Shown here piece after piece: positions 1 through 10,729 of a DNA stretch of 64,000 nucleotides; within the stretch, counting starts at the first letter, position 1; each line of letters begins with the position of its first letter. The DNA is from Squalus acanthias (Eukaryota). Under the pieces are notes generated by a model. It was given only the letters and a program-made list of their open reading frames with translations. It did not search any database and was not told where the DNA came from. The stretch lies in the NCBI GenBank assembly GCA_030390025.1, contig CM059438.1:67086001-67150000 (forward strand), in the 5' to 3' direction. The position numbers and the translations under genes are program-made.

Positions 1-7
1 TAGGTTA

Positions 8-910
8 TTGACCAACATTCACTACAAGCCCACTGACTCCCACAGCTACCTGGACTACACTTCCTCCCACCCCGCCTCCTGTAAGGACTTAATTCCCTTC
101 TCTCAGTTTCTCCGTCTCCGCCACATCTGCTCCGACGATGCCACCTTCCATACCAGTGCTTCCGACATGTCTTCCTTTTTCCTCAACCGAGGATTCCCCT
201 CTACCGTGGTTGACACGGCCCTCAACTGTGTCCGTTCTATCTCCCGCACTTCTGCCCTCACCCTGTCCCCTCCCTCCCGGAACCACGATAGAGTTCCCCT
301 TGTCCTCACCTTTCACCCCACCAGCCTCCACATTCAACGGATCATCCTCCGCCATTTCCGCCACCTCCAACGTGATCCCACCACCAAACGTATCTTCCCC
401 TCACCTCCCCTTTCAGCATTCCGTAGGGACCGCTCCCTCCGAGACACCGTAGTCCACTCCTCTATCACCCCCAGCACCCCTTCCCCCTCGCCCGGCACCT
501 TCCCGTGCAAGCGCAGGAGATGCAACACCTGCCCTTATACATCCCCCCTTCCCACTCTCCGGGGCCCCAAACACCCCTTCCAGGTGAAACAGCGATTTAC
601 TTGTACTTCTTGCAATCTAGTATACTGTATTCACTGCTCACGATGTGGTCTCCTCTACATTGGGGAGACCAAACGCAGATTGGGTGACCGCTTTGCGGAA
701 CACCTCCGTTCAGTCTGTAAGGGTGACCCCGAGCTTCCGGTCGCTTGTCATTTTAATTCACCGCTCCACGCCCACTCAGACCTCACCGTCCTCGGCCTCT
801 TCATTGTTCCACGGAAGCTCAGCGTAAGCTCGAGGAACAGCACCTCATCTTCCGATTAAGCACTTTACAGCCTTCCGGACTCAATATCGAGATCAACAAT
901 TTCAGATCAT
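8..910 (+). pseudogene. Frameshifted PLE RT/GIY-YIG polyprotein fragment
   Basis: ORF track 8..859 plus the out-of-frame C-terminus, which matches the in-frame C-terminus of the copy at 38558..38749. Confidence 0.88.
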
Positions 911-1195
911 AACCTCGGCCCCTACCGTATATATATATATATATATATTTTTTATCCACACTTTTGGTTTGTGCCTTTTTCCTTCTTTCTCTCTCCCACA
1001 TGGCAGCTGTCTTTCATTCTGCCAGCGCATTTCACACTTCTGAACCATCTTTTGTTTCTTAACCTGTCCTATTACCATCTCGTCTCGCCTTGAGCATCTC
1101 TTAATGTCTCTACTCCTTACAGACCTCCCCTTTTGTTCTTTTATTCCTTCCCCCAGCCTCCAACTTCATCTGTTTCATTTCCTGCTTTTTTCTCC

Positions 1196-1230
1196 GTTCT
1201 GACGAAGGGTTATCTACCTGAAACGTTAAC
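1196..1230 (+). ncRNA. Minimal type-I hammerhead ribozyme motif (PLE-associated)
   Basis: GTT-CTGACGA-A-GGGT tatct ACCT-GAAA-CG-TT-AAC: conserved core boxes, stem II, palindromic stem III (AACGTT) and stem I GTT/AAC. Confidence 0.75.
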
Positions 1231-3228
1231 TCTGTTTCTCTCTCCACGGATGTTGCCTGGCCTGCTGAGTTTTTCCAGCGCTTTCTGTTGTTATTTCAGT
1301 TTTCCAGCATCTGCAGTATTTTGCTATTGAGGAAAGTGAACCCTGGTATAAGTAAACGGCCGGGCGTGTCCCGGAGAATCAGGTTCGAAAAGCTGCGGTG
1401 ATAGTTTATTTGTTATGTTTAATATATTTGGGGACAAACACTAATTAAAGCTATAAATACGGCTCAAAAACAAATCAGCTTATCTTAAAGATTTGTCTGC
1501 CTCAAGTTCATGTGCAAACAGCAGCAGTGGGAGAAAGGAACACCTTGGTTTTGGCAAGTGCCAATCCTACCTTCCAACTCATCCGATTGGTTGAGAGTGA
1601 TGCACACCAATCCCAGCGATGCAAGTAATTTTTCTTATGAAACGCATGGGCTGAAAATGCTGTCAATTTAACATGCTCCTTGTGGTATGGTGTGTGAAAT
1701 TTTAAAATAAGAGTTTGAAACCTTGGTCCACTCCCACTCCCAGTTACTGTAATAAAAACACACTAAAATCACCAAATGCAGCTCCTGCTGATTTTTCAAA
1801 GGAAAGATATCACATCACTGTTCTACCTGTAATAATTGAGAATTCATGTAAGCCTGGAGATTACTGAATGGATTTATATCTTAAACACTGATGCCCAGAA
1901 AGCGCTTGCTTACAAATGTGGACGAAGGCTGATTAATATGTAAATTACCTTGTGTTTGAGCTATTTAGCAGGTTAACGAGTCTTGTTTACCTATCCAGTT
2001 GTGGTAGGTCTCCAGATGAATGACAGAACACAGATTTTTAGAAGTTTTAAGAATTAATTTTCCTTTCATTCCTGAAATTAAATGAAAATTGATATTTTCA
2101 TCTGTTAATTGCCTCATTAATATGCACTCATTTAGCACAACCGTTTACATGCCATTGTAATAAATGTTTCTTGCAAGTTGGAGATGGATCCATTGAAACA
2201 TTGAGCAAGATCAAACATTTAGATAGTTTGATAGCAAGTCGTTAGCTGCATATTGGGAGTAAAACGTGGCATAAAATACTATTTTAATATTCTAGTTTCC
2301 ATTTCAGAGGTCTGCAAGGAGTATTTTTTCTTAACCTCTGACAGGTCAGATGCATAGTAATTTTAGCCTCAAGACTTTTAGCAACTTTCACAATTACTCT
2401 GTTGATGTGTCTTGCATGTTCCAGTCTGATATTCTATTTTGTTTAGCCGGAGTTTTTTGGACTTTACAGGGTAGTTCCAATATTTAGTGGCACAGGAAGT
2501 CAGACTTTGTTAAGGCACCCCGCCGCTTAATTTTCCTGGATAGTGAGAGCTTAATTCAATAATTAAATGAAACATCCCATAACGCTCTTTTAGGTGGGAA
2601 TGAACCACACTGCAGTGTGATGTCAGTGTGATGCGTTCCCACCAGTTTAGAATTCAATAAGAAGATAATTAAATTAAATAACGTCAGTGAAAGAGGAAGC
2701 TTGGTTTGACTTCCATGTTGTAATAAGCGGGTGAACATCATAATCTGGTGTTTGTGCCCTGAGGAAGTCACTCATGCAAATTAATAAATCCCCAGCAAAT
2801 CCATAAAAGTCCAACTTTGTCACTACCAAATGATCTGATCTTCTTTTACCAATTTTCTCTGAAGTTGTTGTTTCATTGCTCAGGTAAGGTTACATGAGTG
2901 GTAGCCACTTCTGGTGCTGTACTCAAATTGTCACTGTTCATGTGTGAGACTTGACAGTGAGTCTTAATCTACTTCAGTCCTCAACCTTTTTCTAAGATTC
3001 AGTATAGTTGACCACAACATTTACCTCCAATGCTTTTCCTCTGTCCTACTCTCTGAAACTCCCTTCATAAGCATCTGTGCCTCTCCACTTCTCGCTCCAC
3101 CTTTAAAAACCTTCTCAACATCTTTTTGATCAAGTTTTCAATCACCTTTTGTAATCTCTCCTTTCCTGGTTTGATTGTTCATTTCCTTGAGAGCTCAAGC
3201 AGAGAGCACAGCAGAGCATGCTGCAAAT

Positions 3229-3878
3229 GGAGTGAGCTGGGAACAGAGTGAGCTGGCAATGGAGTGAGCTGGCAATGGAGTGAGCTGGGAACAGAGTGAG
3301 CTGGGAATAGAGTGAGCTGGGAATAGAGTGAGCTGGGAACAGAGTGAGCTGGGAACAGAGTGAGCTGGCAATGGAATGAGCTGGGAACGGAGTGAGCTGG
3401 GAACAGAGTGAGCTGGGAACAGAGTGAGCTGGGAATAGAGTGAGCTGGGAATAGAGTGAGCTGGGAATGGAGTGAGCTGGGAACAGAGTGAGCTGGGAAT
3501 AGAGTGAGCTGGGAATGGAGTGAGCTGGGAACAGAGTGAGCTGGGAATAGAGTGAGCTGGGAATAGAGTGAGCTGGGAATGGAGTGAGCTGGGAATAGAG
3601 TGAGCTGGGAACAGAGTGAGCTGGGAATAGAGTGAGCTGGGAATAGAGTGAGCTGGGAATGGAGTGAGCTGGGAACAGAGTGAGCTGGGAATAGAGTGAG
3701 CTGGGAACAGAGTGAGCTGGCAATGGAGTGAGCTGGGAACGGAGTGAGCTGGGAACGGAGTGAGCTGGGAACAGAGTGAGCTGGGAACGGAGTGAGCTGG
3801 GAACGGAGTGAGCTGGGAACAGAGTGAGCTGGGAACGGAGTGAGCTGGGAACGGAGTGAGCTGGGAATGGAGTGAGCT
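3229..3878. repeat. 16-bp minisatellite, about 40 copies of RGAGTGAGCTGGGAAY
   Basis: Direct tandem array with no spacers. It produces the 16-aa-period (3 units) spurious ORFs on the minus strand. Confidence 0.97.
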
Positions 3879-5137
3879 TTTTGAAAAAGGAAATTTGTCG
3901 AGAGTGGGAGTTATGGGAAGAGGGGAAGGAGGTGTTGAGTAAATTAATTGAAGATCAAAAGCCGTGTTCAATTATTTACTGTTCCTGTAACACTTAACTA
4001 TATGGCTACTAAACTTAATAAAAATGATAAATGAGGCAAAAGCAAAAATCTAACTAACAGCTTTAAGTAATTAAAAAGTAAATAAATAAAAACTGATGTC
4101 AATTAGAGAAAGAAATGGAATAATTAAACTAAACTGAGCAATAAAAAATGCCTAAAAGAAATAAAATGAAATCCAACTGATAATCAGAATTTAGTTTTGA
4201 AGGTGATTAAGTTAGCTCTGGAAATAGATAAATAAATAACGACTGTACAATAAATAAAAAGCAGATAATGGCAGCACAGGCAGTGTGTCGGGACTGCAGA
4301 ATGTGGGCATTTATAGACATTGAGTGTATCCCGGATGACCACACCTGTTGGAAATGTTTATCTCTTCAGTCACCCTGGCTCAGAGGCATTGAGCGAGATC
4401 GCAAGTTACAGACACTCCGACCCATAAAGGGCAAAGGGGGGAGGGGGTTGGAAATATTTGGATAGATTACTTCAGAACACAGTCACACCAAGTAGAGAGA
4501 CACAAGTTCAGGAAGAGTAAGTGACTGGCAATCAGCAGGGTAACAGGAATCTCCTGGAGGTAGGGAAGGAGGAACCGCAGAATTTGGTCTTGTCCAACAG
4601 GTACAATGTACTTGCTACCTGTGGGGATAAGGAAGAAGGCTGTGGGAAGGATAGCCAGAATGTGAACCAAGGCATCGTGGAACAGGAGGCACTTCATGTG
4701 GGAGGGGTTTCAGAAAAACAGAAAGATTGTAGTTATAGGGAACTTGATAATTAGGGGGAACATAGGCTATCCTCTGCAGTCATGACCGAGAGTCCAGGAG
4801 AGTGTGTTGCCTACCCAGTGCCAGGGAGAAACCAGGAAACTATAATTTAACATCAGTTGTAGGGAAGTTATGGGAAGTTACTGTCATTAGGGACAGATTG
4901 ACTGAGCACTTGAAAAAGTATGAGCTGATCAAAGGGAGTGAGCATGGATTTGCAAAGTGTAGGTCATGTCTGCCTAATGTAGTTGCATTTTTTGAGGAGG
5001 TCATGAACATGGTGGACAGGAGAGTATCTATGGATGTTGGCCATATGGACTTCCAGAAGGCATTTGATAAGGTTCTGTACAAGAGATTATTAGCAAAAAT
5101 GAGGGTGCATGGAATTGGAGGTAACCTTGTGACATAG
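3879..5137 (+). mobile_element. CR1 LINE 5' part: 5' UTR and decayed ORF1 (Cys-rich N-terminus, esterase-like region) joined by internal deletion to ORF2 RT
   Basis: MAAQAVCRDCRMW..TCWKC (4268), LSNRYNVL (about 4590), CCLPSAR, then immediately EKPGNY..LTSVVGK..HGF..RSCL..DFQKAFDKV (RT). Confidence 0.85.
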
Positions 5138-7550
5138 TGAAGGGATAATTACAAGTCCTAGCCCTTTCAGACTACCCCAGATCAGGCGTATTCCCCAGAC
5201 GTTTACCCTCAACTAAAGTTAGCGGTAGCCGGATCCCATACAACGCTTAATTGGGTCTAAAGGTCAGACTACCTCTCCCTAAAGGAAAGAAACAGTCTAA
5301 AGATGTTACCGTCCTCCAGATAGTACTTTTAATAAGTTTAACTAGACTGTAACCTTCCGGATATTATAAGGGTCCGGAATACCCCCCCCGAATTCTGCAA
5401 CTCCTTTGAGTGTACAGAATTTGAGTTTGCAAGATGATACAGAAATACTCTTTGAGACTATTCTAAAAATATATAGATTTATTACAGAACCGACATTCAG
5501 TTAACATTTATTATGGCAATCGCAACTTTAATCGTTCAAAATACAAATAGCTTACATTATCTTATTCTCAGATCTTTATTCTCAAATCTTAACTTCGTTA
5601 CATTTCCACACTTCTACTTATTTCTTAATCCAGAATATCCACCATAATCAAATAAGAGTACCTTGATCACCCGAGACTCAAAAGTTGTAAACTTACAGAG
5701 AATGTCTGTAAAGTTGAGAAACGCTTGTCTTCCCAGCGACTTCTGACTTTTCTGTCTGAAAAGCTCTATCTTTATATCTTTTTTTGGGTGGCTTATCCTT
5801 TGAAGTATTCCTATTTGTGTAAGCTAATTGTATCAAGTCATTCTTTGCTGACTTTGTTCTATTCTTTATTGATATCTCTGTTGAATGCTTTTAGACTTGT
5901 GTCCTGTTTAGGTGTTTCCAAAACCATCATAAACACAATGACAGCAATGGTTTCTGTTTGGTGCAATTCTTAGGAAGTCTTTCTATTGAATTTCTAATAC
6001 TACTTTAACTGGTTATTTTCAGATGTTGTGACTCCATGGTATTCCAAGTTCAATACAAGAACAATGTGATTGCTTGGTGTATCCATTGAAGTAATATTTT
6101 CAAAGTTGTCTTGTTTGTGTACTTTTTACAACTTGTAAATTAAAACCACTTCTCTCGTATCTTCATGCATTTCTGATTTACTTCAATTGGTTTTTATCAG
6201 ACCTTGGGACTCCATATTTCAAGCTTAACATTAAAATTATTTGTTCAGCAGGCATTTATTTTACTTGATGTCATTTCTTCAAAGGCTTCTGTAGGTATTG
6301 GGCCGAAAATTCATCCCGGGACGCGAGAGTACGCACTGCGTACTCTCGCGTATTCCCACTCCAATTGCCGGTTTTCTGCATGCCCTGCGCATGCGCTGAA
6401 AACCGGCAATTGCTCTTCCGAAAAGGGGGCGTGGCTTGAGTGCATCGCGTGCGCGCTACAGGCTGCGCGCACGCTGTGCACTTCATGCTTTGGACGCGCA
6501 GGTAAGTAGGGAAGATTTTGGAAATGTAAAAAGGAGGAGTAAGACCCGCTTTTAAGAAGGTAAGTAGTGAATTAAGTATTTTTTTGAATTTTTTTTTACA
6601 GGTATATCTTTTTTATAGACTTTAAAGACAGGTAAGTTTATTTTTATAACTTTTTAAAAGATTTTAAATTTTTTCAAAAATTTAATTTTTTATTTAAAAT
6701 GGTTAATTTAATTAACTATACTTATTTTATTAATGTGATGGGTTTTTTTTTAAATTTAATTGAGGTTTAGCTGTTATTTTGGGGGGGTGTAAGATTCATA
6801 AGTCTCACAGCTATGCTGTGAGACTTATGAATGGAAGATGGTGTGCTGCCATTGGCTCTAACTGAGTCACGTGATCCCACAGCTCGCACGAATTAACTAC
6901 GCCGCTGGGATACGCAAGCCCAGCACAGCTGATGTATGGAACATCAATTTCCTGCGAGCTGGATCAGAAAAAGCATAAGCGAGGTGAGACATCGCGGGGA
7001 AGGCTTACCCACGCGGGAACAGAGCGAGATCAATTTCTGGGCCATTATATTTACAATATGTAAATTGAAAACACTTTAACTCAAGTGTTTACTTGTTTTC
7101 TAGCTATCTCTATTGGTTGCATATTTAATCGTGTTTCCTGTTTCTAAGTTTAACATAAAACTATTTTACGACAGGTATTTCTTACTTGATGTCATTCTTT
7201 CAAAGGCACTTGGTTTTTTTAATGTTCTGTGCACCTGTTTGACGTGTTAGATTATAACACTTTACTTGGGTCATTCCATTGTTTTGATTCCAATGTTCAG
7301 ACGCTCTGGAAGCAAACCTTTGCTTTATCAATAGGGCTTGTTTCTTGGTCAATAACCCATTCCCATATCAAAGCTTGTGGTGTTTTACAACTTGTAAATA
7401 ACTGATCTTTATCTCAGAAGCCTGTATTGTGCCTACAGCCTGTGTCTGCTAAGGCTTATGTCTTTTAAACCCAGTATGTCATTTATTAATAATTTCAGAA
7501 TTCTGTTCGTAGTATCGTGTATTTTTCTGAATCCTGGCTATTCCTTCACA
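5138..7550 (-). mobile_element. Solo-LTR-like insertion (about 1.67 kb excluding a nested MITE) inside CR1 RT
   Basis: ATAG duplicated at 5134-5137 and 7551-7554. Termini TGAAGG...CCTTCACA. Minus-strand TATAAA (5771-5776) upstream of AATAAA (5478-5483). CR1 sequence is contiguous across the insert. Confidence 0.7.
6300..7043 (+). mobile_element. Harbinger-type MITE, family A, copy 1
   Basis: TIRs GGGCCGAAAATT / AATTTCTGGGCC, TSD ATT (6297-6299, 7044-7046). An inverted homologous copy lies at 35480..36243. Confidence 0.85.
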
Positions 7551-8597
7551 ATAGATTGTTAATTGTTTGGGAGTTAGGAGACAGCGAGGAGTGATAAACG
7601 GAATGCACTCTGATTGGTGGAATGTGGAGTTCCCCAGGGATCTGTATTGGGGCCATACCTTTTCACCACATATACATCAATGACTCGGGTGAAGGAATAG
7701 AGAGTCTTTCCAAGTTTGCAGATGACACTAAGTTAGGAGGCAGAGTAAGTTGTATAGATGGGAGCAAGACATTCTAATGGGACATCGACAGATTAAGTGA
7801 GTGGGAAGAACTGTGGCGGATGCAATTCAGTGTGGAGAAATGAGATTTATCCATTTTGTATCCAAGACAGATAGATCAAAAATATTTTCTTAATGGCAAA
7901 GATTAAGAATTGTGAAGGAAGAAAGGGATTTGAGTGTCCAGGTACACAAATCACTAAAAGCTAGTGCACAGGTACAAGAAGTAATCAGAAAGACTCATGG
8001 AATGTTAGCCTTTATCTCAATAGGGCTGGAATACAAAGGGGAGGATGTTATGCCTCAGTTGTACAGAGCCTTGGTCAGACCCCATCTGGAGTATATCTGG
8101 AGTTTTGGGCACCAGACCCCAGGAATGATATATTGGCCTTGGAGGGGGTACAGCGCAGATTCCCCAGAATGATATCAGCATTTAAAGGGTTAAATTATGA
8201 GGACAGGTTGCATAAGCTTGGCTTGTAATCATTTGTGTTTAGAAGGTTGAAGGGTGCTCTAATTCAGTTTGTTAAAATGGTAAGGGGATTCGATCGAGTA
8301 CATACAGAAAAGCTATTTCTTCTGGTGGGGGAATTCGGTGGTCACAGTCTTCAAATTAGAGTAAGGCCATTCAGAACTGAAATCAGGAAGCACTTTTGTG
8401 CACAAAAGTTAGTGGAAATGTTGAATCCCTCCCTTCAATGGATGCTGAGTCAATTGAAATTTTCAAGACTGAGATCAATAGATTTTTGTTATCAAAAGCG
8501 AGTAAATGGAGCTGAGTTACAGATCATCCATGATCTAATTGAATGGTGGAACAGGCTTGAGGGGCTGAATGGCCTACTCCTGTTCCTGTGTTCTTAT
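7551..8597 (+). mobile_element. CR1 LINE, decayed RT C-terminus and 3' end (continuation of 3879..5137)
   Basis: VPQGSVLG, KFADDTKL and LYRALVRPHLEY motifs with frameshifts. 3' end GGGCTGAATGGCCTACTCCTGTTCC. Confidence 0.9.
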
Positions 8598-9023
8598 GCC
8601 TCTTTGCAAAGTGCTTTGGGATGTTCTCCATGTTGAAGGTGCTCTTTAAGTACAAGTTTTTGTTGACTGTTTGACCTGGTGGTGTTGAGGTGTGGAGCAT
8701 TACATACGAGTTTGATGGTGTCAATACAATGTGCTAGTGTTCATGCACACTTCCAAAAGTGGTTGCTGAGTAGCAATCAAGTATAGTGACCCTGTCTGAT
8801 CACATTAGAGAGGGAGGCAGATGCACAGAGGCACCTCCGAACAAATATACTGCCAGTCTGGTGGAAATCGGCTCATTCATCACACTCCGGCGACGGAAAC
8901 TGAGATCTTTGTTGCACAAATTCACTGAGCTGTCGGAGAGGAGGATGTGTTCTGAATAGGTTGACAGCATCAACCTGTCTGACACTGTACCAGACATCAA
9001 GACAATCAGTTATTTTCTGCGAA

Positions 9024-9056
9024 AGTTCTGACGAAAGGTCATCAACCTGAAACGTC
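9024..9056 (+). ncRNA. Hammerhead motif of a PLE remnant, split by a Harbinger insertion (remainder at 12730..12785)
   Basis: AGTT-CTGACGA-A-AGGT catca ACCT-GAAA-CG-TC. The continuation GTTAACTCTGTTTCTCTCCACAGATGCTGCC resumes at 12730. Confidence 0.75.
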
Positions 9057-9542
9057 AGCCGCGATGTTGCTGGCTCTCAGTGGGCGGGTTTGGAGGCGGG
9101 TCGGGAGCTATCCCACCTCCACGCAACTTTGCAAGGTGTCGGGTGACCCGACACCAAGCGGCGGGAGAGATACTTAATCCCATTTTACCAGGCTCTTGTC
9201 ATTTTACTACATTTTCAGCGTGTTGCACATCGTGCGACAAACCCGCCAGCTGATTGTGCTGGGTTCAGCAACTACCTGATCTTGACAGCTGCACCTGCAG
9301 CATAAAAACGGACCTGCAACATGGCTGACTTTCAGATGCCAGAACTTTGTGTTTTGAGGTTTTGGAACACATTTTGCAGGTCTATTGAGCTTGTGAGTGT
9401 TTAAGCTGAGATCCATATGCACTGTGACCTCCTCGGAAAACCCTCTCCCCACATTGACTGAGCGCTTATAACATCTCTTCCTCAACTGAGATATATACCA
9501 GCGGAATAGGAACCATTTATACTCTCATCCTGGTCCTCAGAA

Positions 9543-9899
9543 TTGGAGGAAGAGCAGCCGCAGCAGCAGCGCAACCAGGCACAACAGCAGCACCAACAGC
9601 AGGAGCGCCAACCTTCTCCTCAGCCACCTGATGCTGCACAGGGCAGACGGCATCAGCGCAGGGCTGCACCGCGCCGCAGGAGAAACCCCCACCACAGGGT
9701 TTACAGGCCGAGGATGAGCTTCCTCAACATGAGTGAGCAGCAGTGCCAAAGGAGGCTGAGACTTCCGCGAGAGGTAATCGCTGACATCTGCGCAATGCTG
9801 CACAAACACCTGGAGCCCAGAGGAACGTGTGGACACTCCTTACCAGTGGCTGTCAAAGTCACCACCGCCCTCAACTTCTTTGCTTCAGGGTCCTTCCAG
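9543..9899 (+). pseudogene. Harbinger (HARBI1-like) transposase N-terminal fragment
   Basis: RVYRPRMSFLNMSEQQCQRRLRL..HSLPVAVKVTTALNFFASGSFQ, typical of the Harbinger transposase HTH region. Truncated by the insert at 9902. Confidence 0.85.
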
Positions 9900-9901
9900 A
9901 G

Positions 9902-10690
9902 TGTAGTTTTAAAAGCTCTGAATTAATTTGTCCGTGACTATACAAACCACTCTGGGTGCAGGTATATTGTGTATAAGTAAAATAGGTTTATTAAGCATTA
10001 AACATCCAGTATAAAGAAGTAATACTTAACAAGAAGATAGTCGCAGTCTGTTCATTGAACCCTGGTGTTCCTTCCGAGTGACTGTGGCGCGGTCTCTTTA
10101 TTCTCTTGCTGTGTTCTGTTGCCTGAAGCTTCTCATCCTCTGGTTTCGCGCTGCCTTCAGTGTTCAATAGCTGTTCCTTTATACCTTTTTTTCCCCTTCA
10201 AAATACATAGCAACTTGCAGCTGCTTGGGCTATCTCACTATTCTGACCTTCACAAGTACGGTCTATGATTCCCTCCCCTTTTCTTGTCAATCATCTTATG
10301 ACCTCGTTAGTTCCACTAAGCCTATTTCTGTGCATAACAAAATACCCTTCGCTAAGAACTTCACTTTACAGAACATCCTTGAGGTGTTTTCTAAACAGTT
10401 TGTCTATTCTGCTGTTTCTAAAATGCAGGCTCCAACTCCGATCTCTCTTCCATAACATTACCGAATTCCATGTCCCTGACAGTCTCCATATTTACTTAGC
10501 TTTACATTCCATTACTTCAGTAATTTAAAACAGAGGATTTTAGTCAGGTTGGCATCATTTTCCCATCCTGCTTTGGTCTCAGCCATTCGCCATTTTATAC
10601 AGGTTTTTTAGGTTTTTAACATACAATTTCACATATTATAGTTATATAAAAATGGTTATAGAATCTTAATAATGTTTACTAAATCCTACA
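9902..10690 (-). mobile_element. Solo-LTR-like element (about 790 bp)
   Basis: Termini TGTAG...CTACA. Minus-strand TATAAA (10178-10183) and AATAAA (9987-9992) in U3-R-U5 order. No TSD. Confidence 0.6.
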
Positions 10691-10729
10691 GGTACACCCT
10701 ATCCTACAGCACTTTACTGCTAGCAAGTG

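Larger units (their letters stand above)
1..1330 (+). mobile_element. Penelope-like retroelement, 3' part (RT C-terminus, GIY-YIG endonuclease, 3' UTR/pseudo-LTR); truncated by window start
   Basis: ORF 8..859 has KPTDSHSYLDYTSSHP, CxxxRCxxC, NLVYCIHC..CGLLYIGETKRRLGDRFAEH (GIY-YIG). A frameshift near 800-810 continues as EAQRKLEEQHLIFRL..LQPSGLNIE..NFRS* ending at 910. The 3' UTR contains a hammerhead motif. Confidence 0.93.

Noticed and set aside
3142..3971. Long repetitive ORFs (193 and 258 aa), or a CRISPR-like array
   Set aside because: These are translations of a stop-free 16-bp minisatellite. There are no unique spacers and no cas genes, and the context is eukaryotic.
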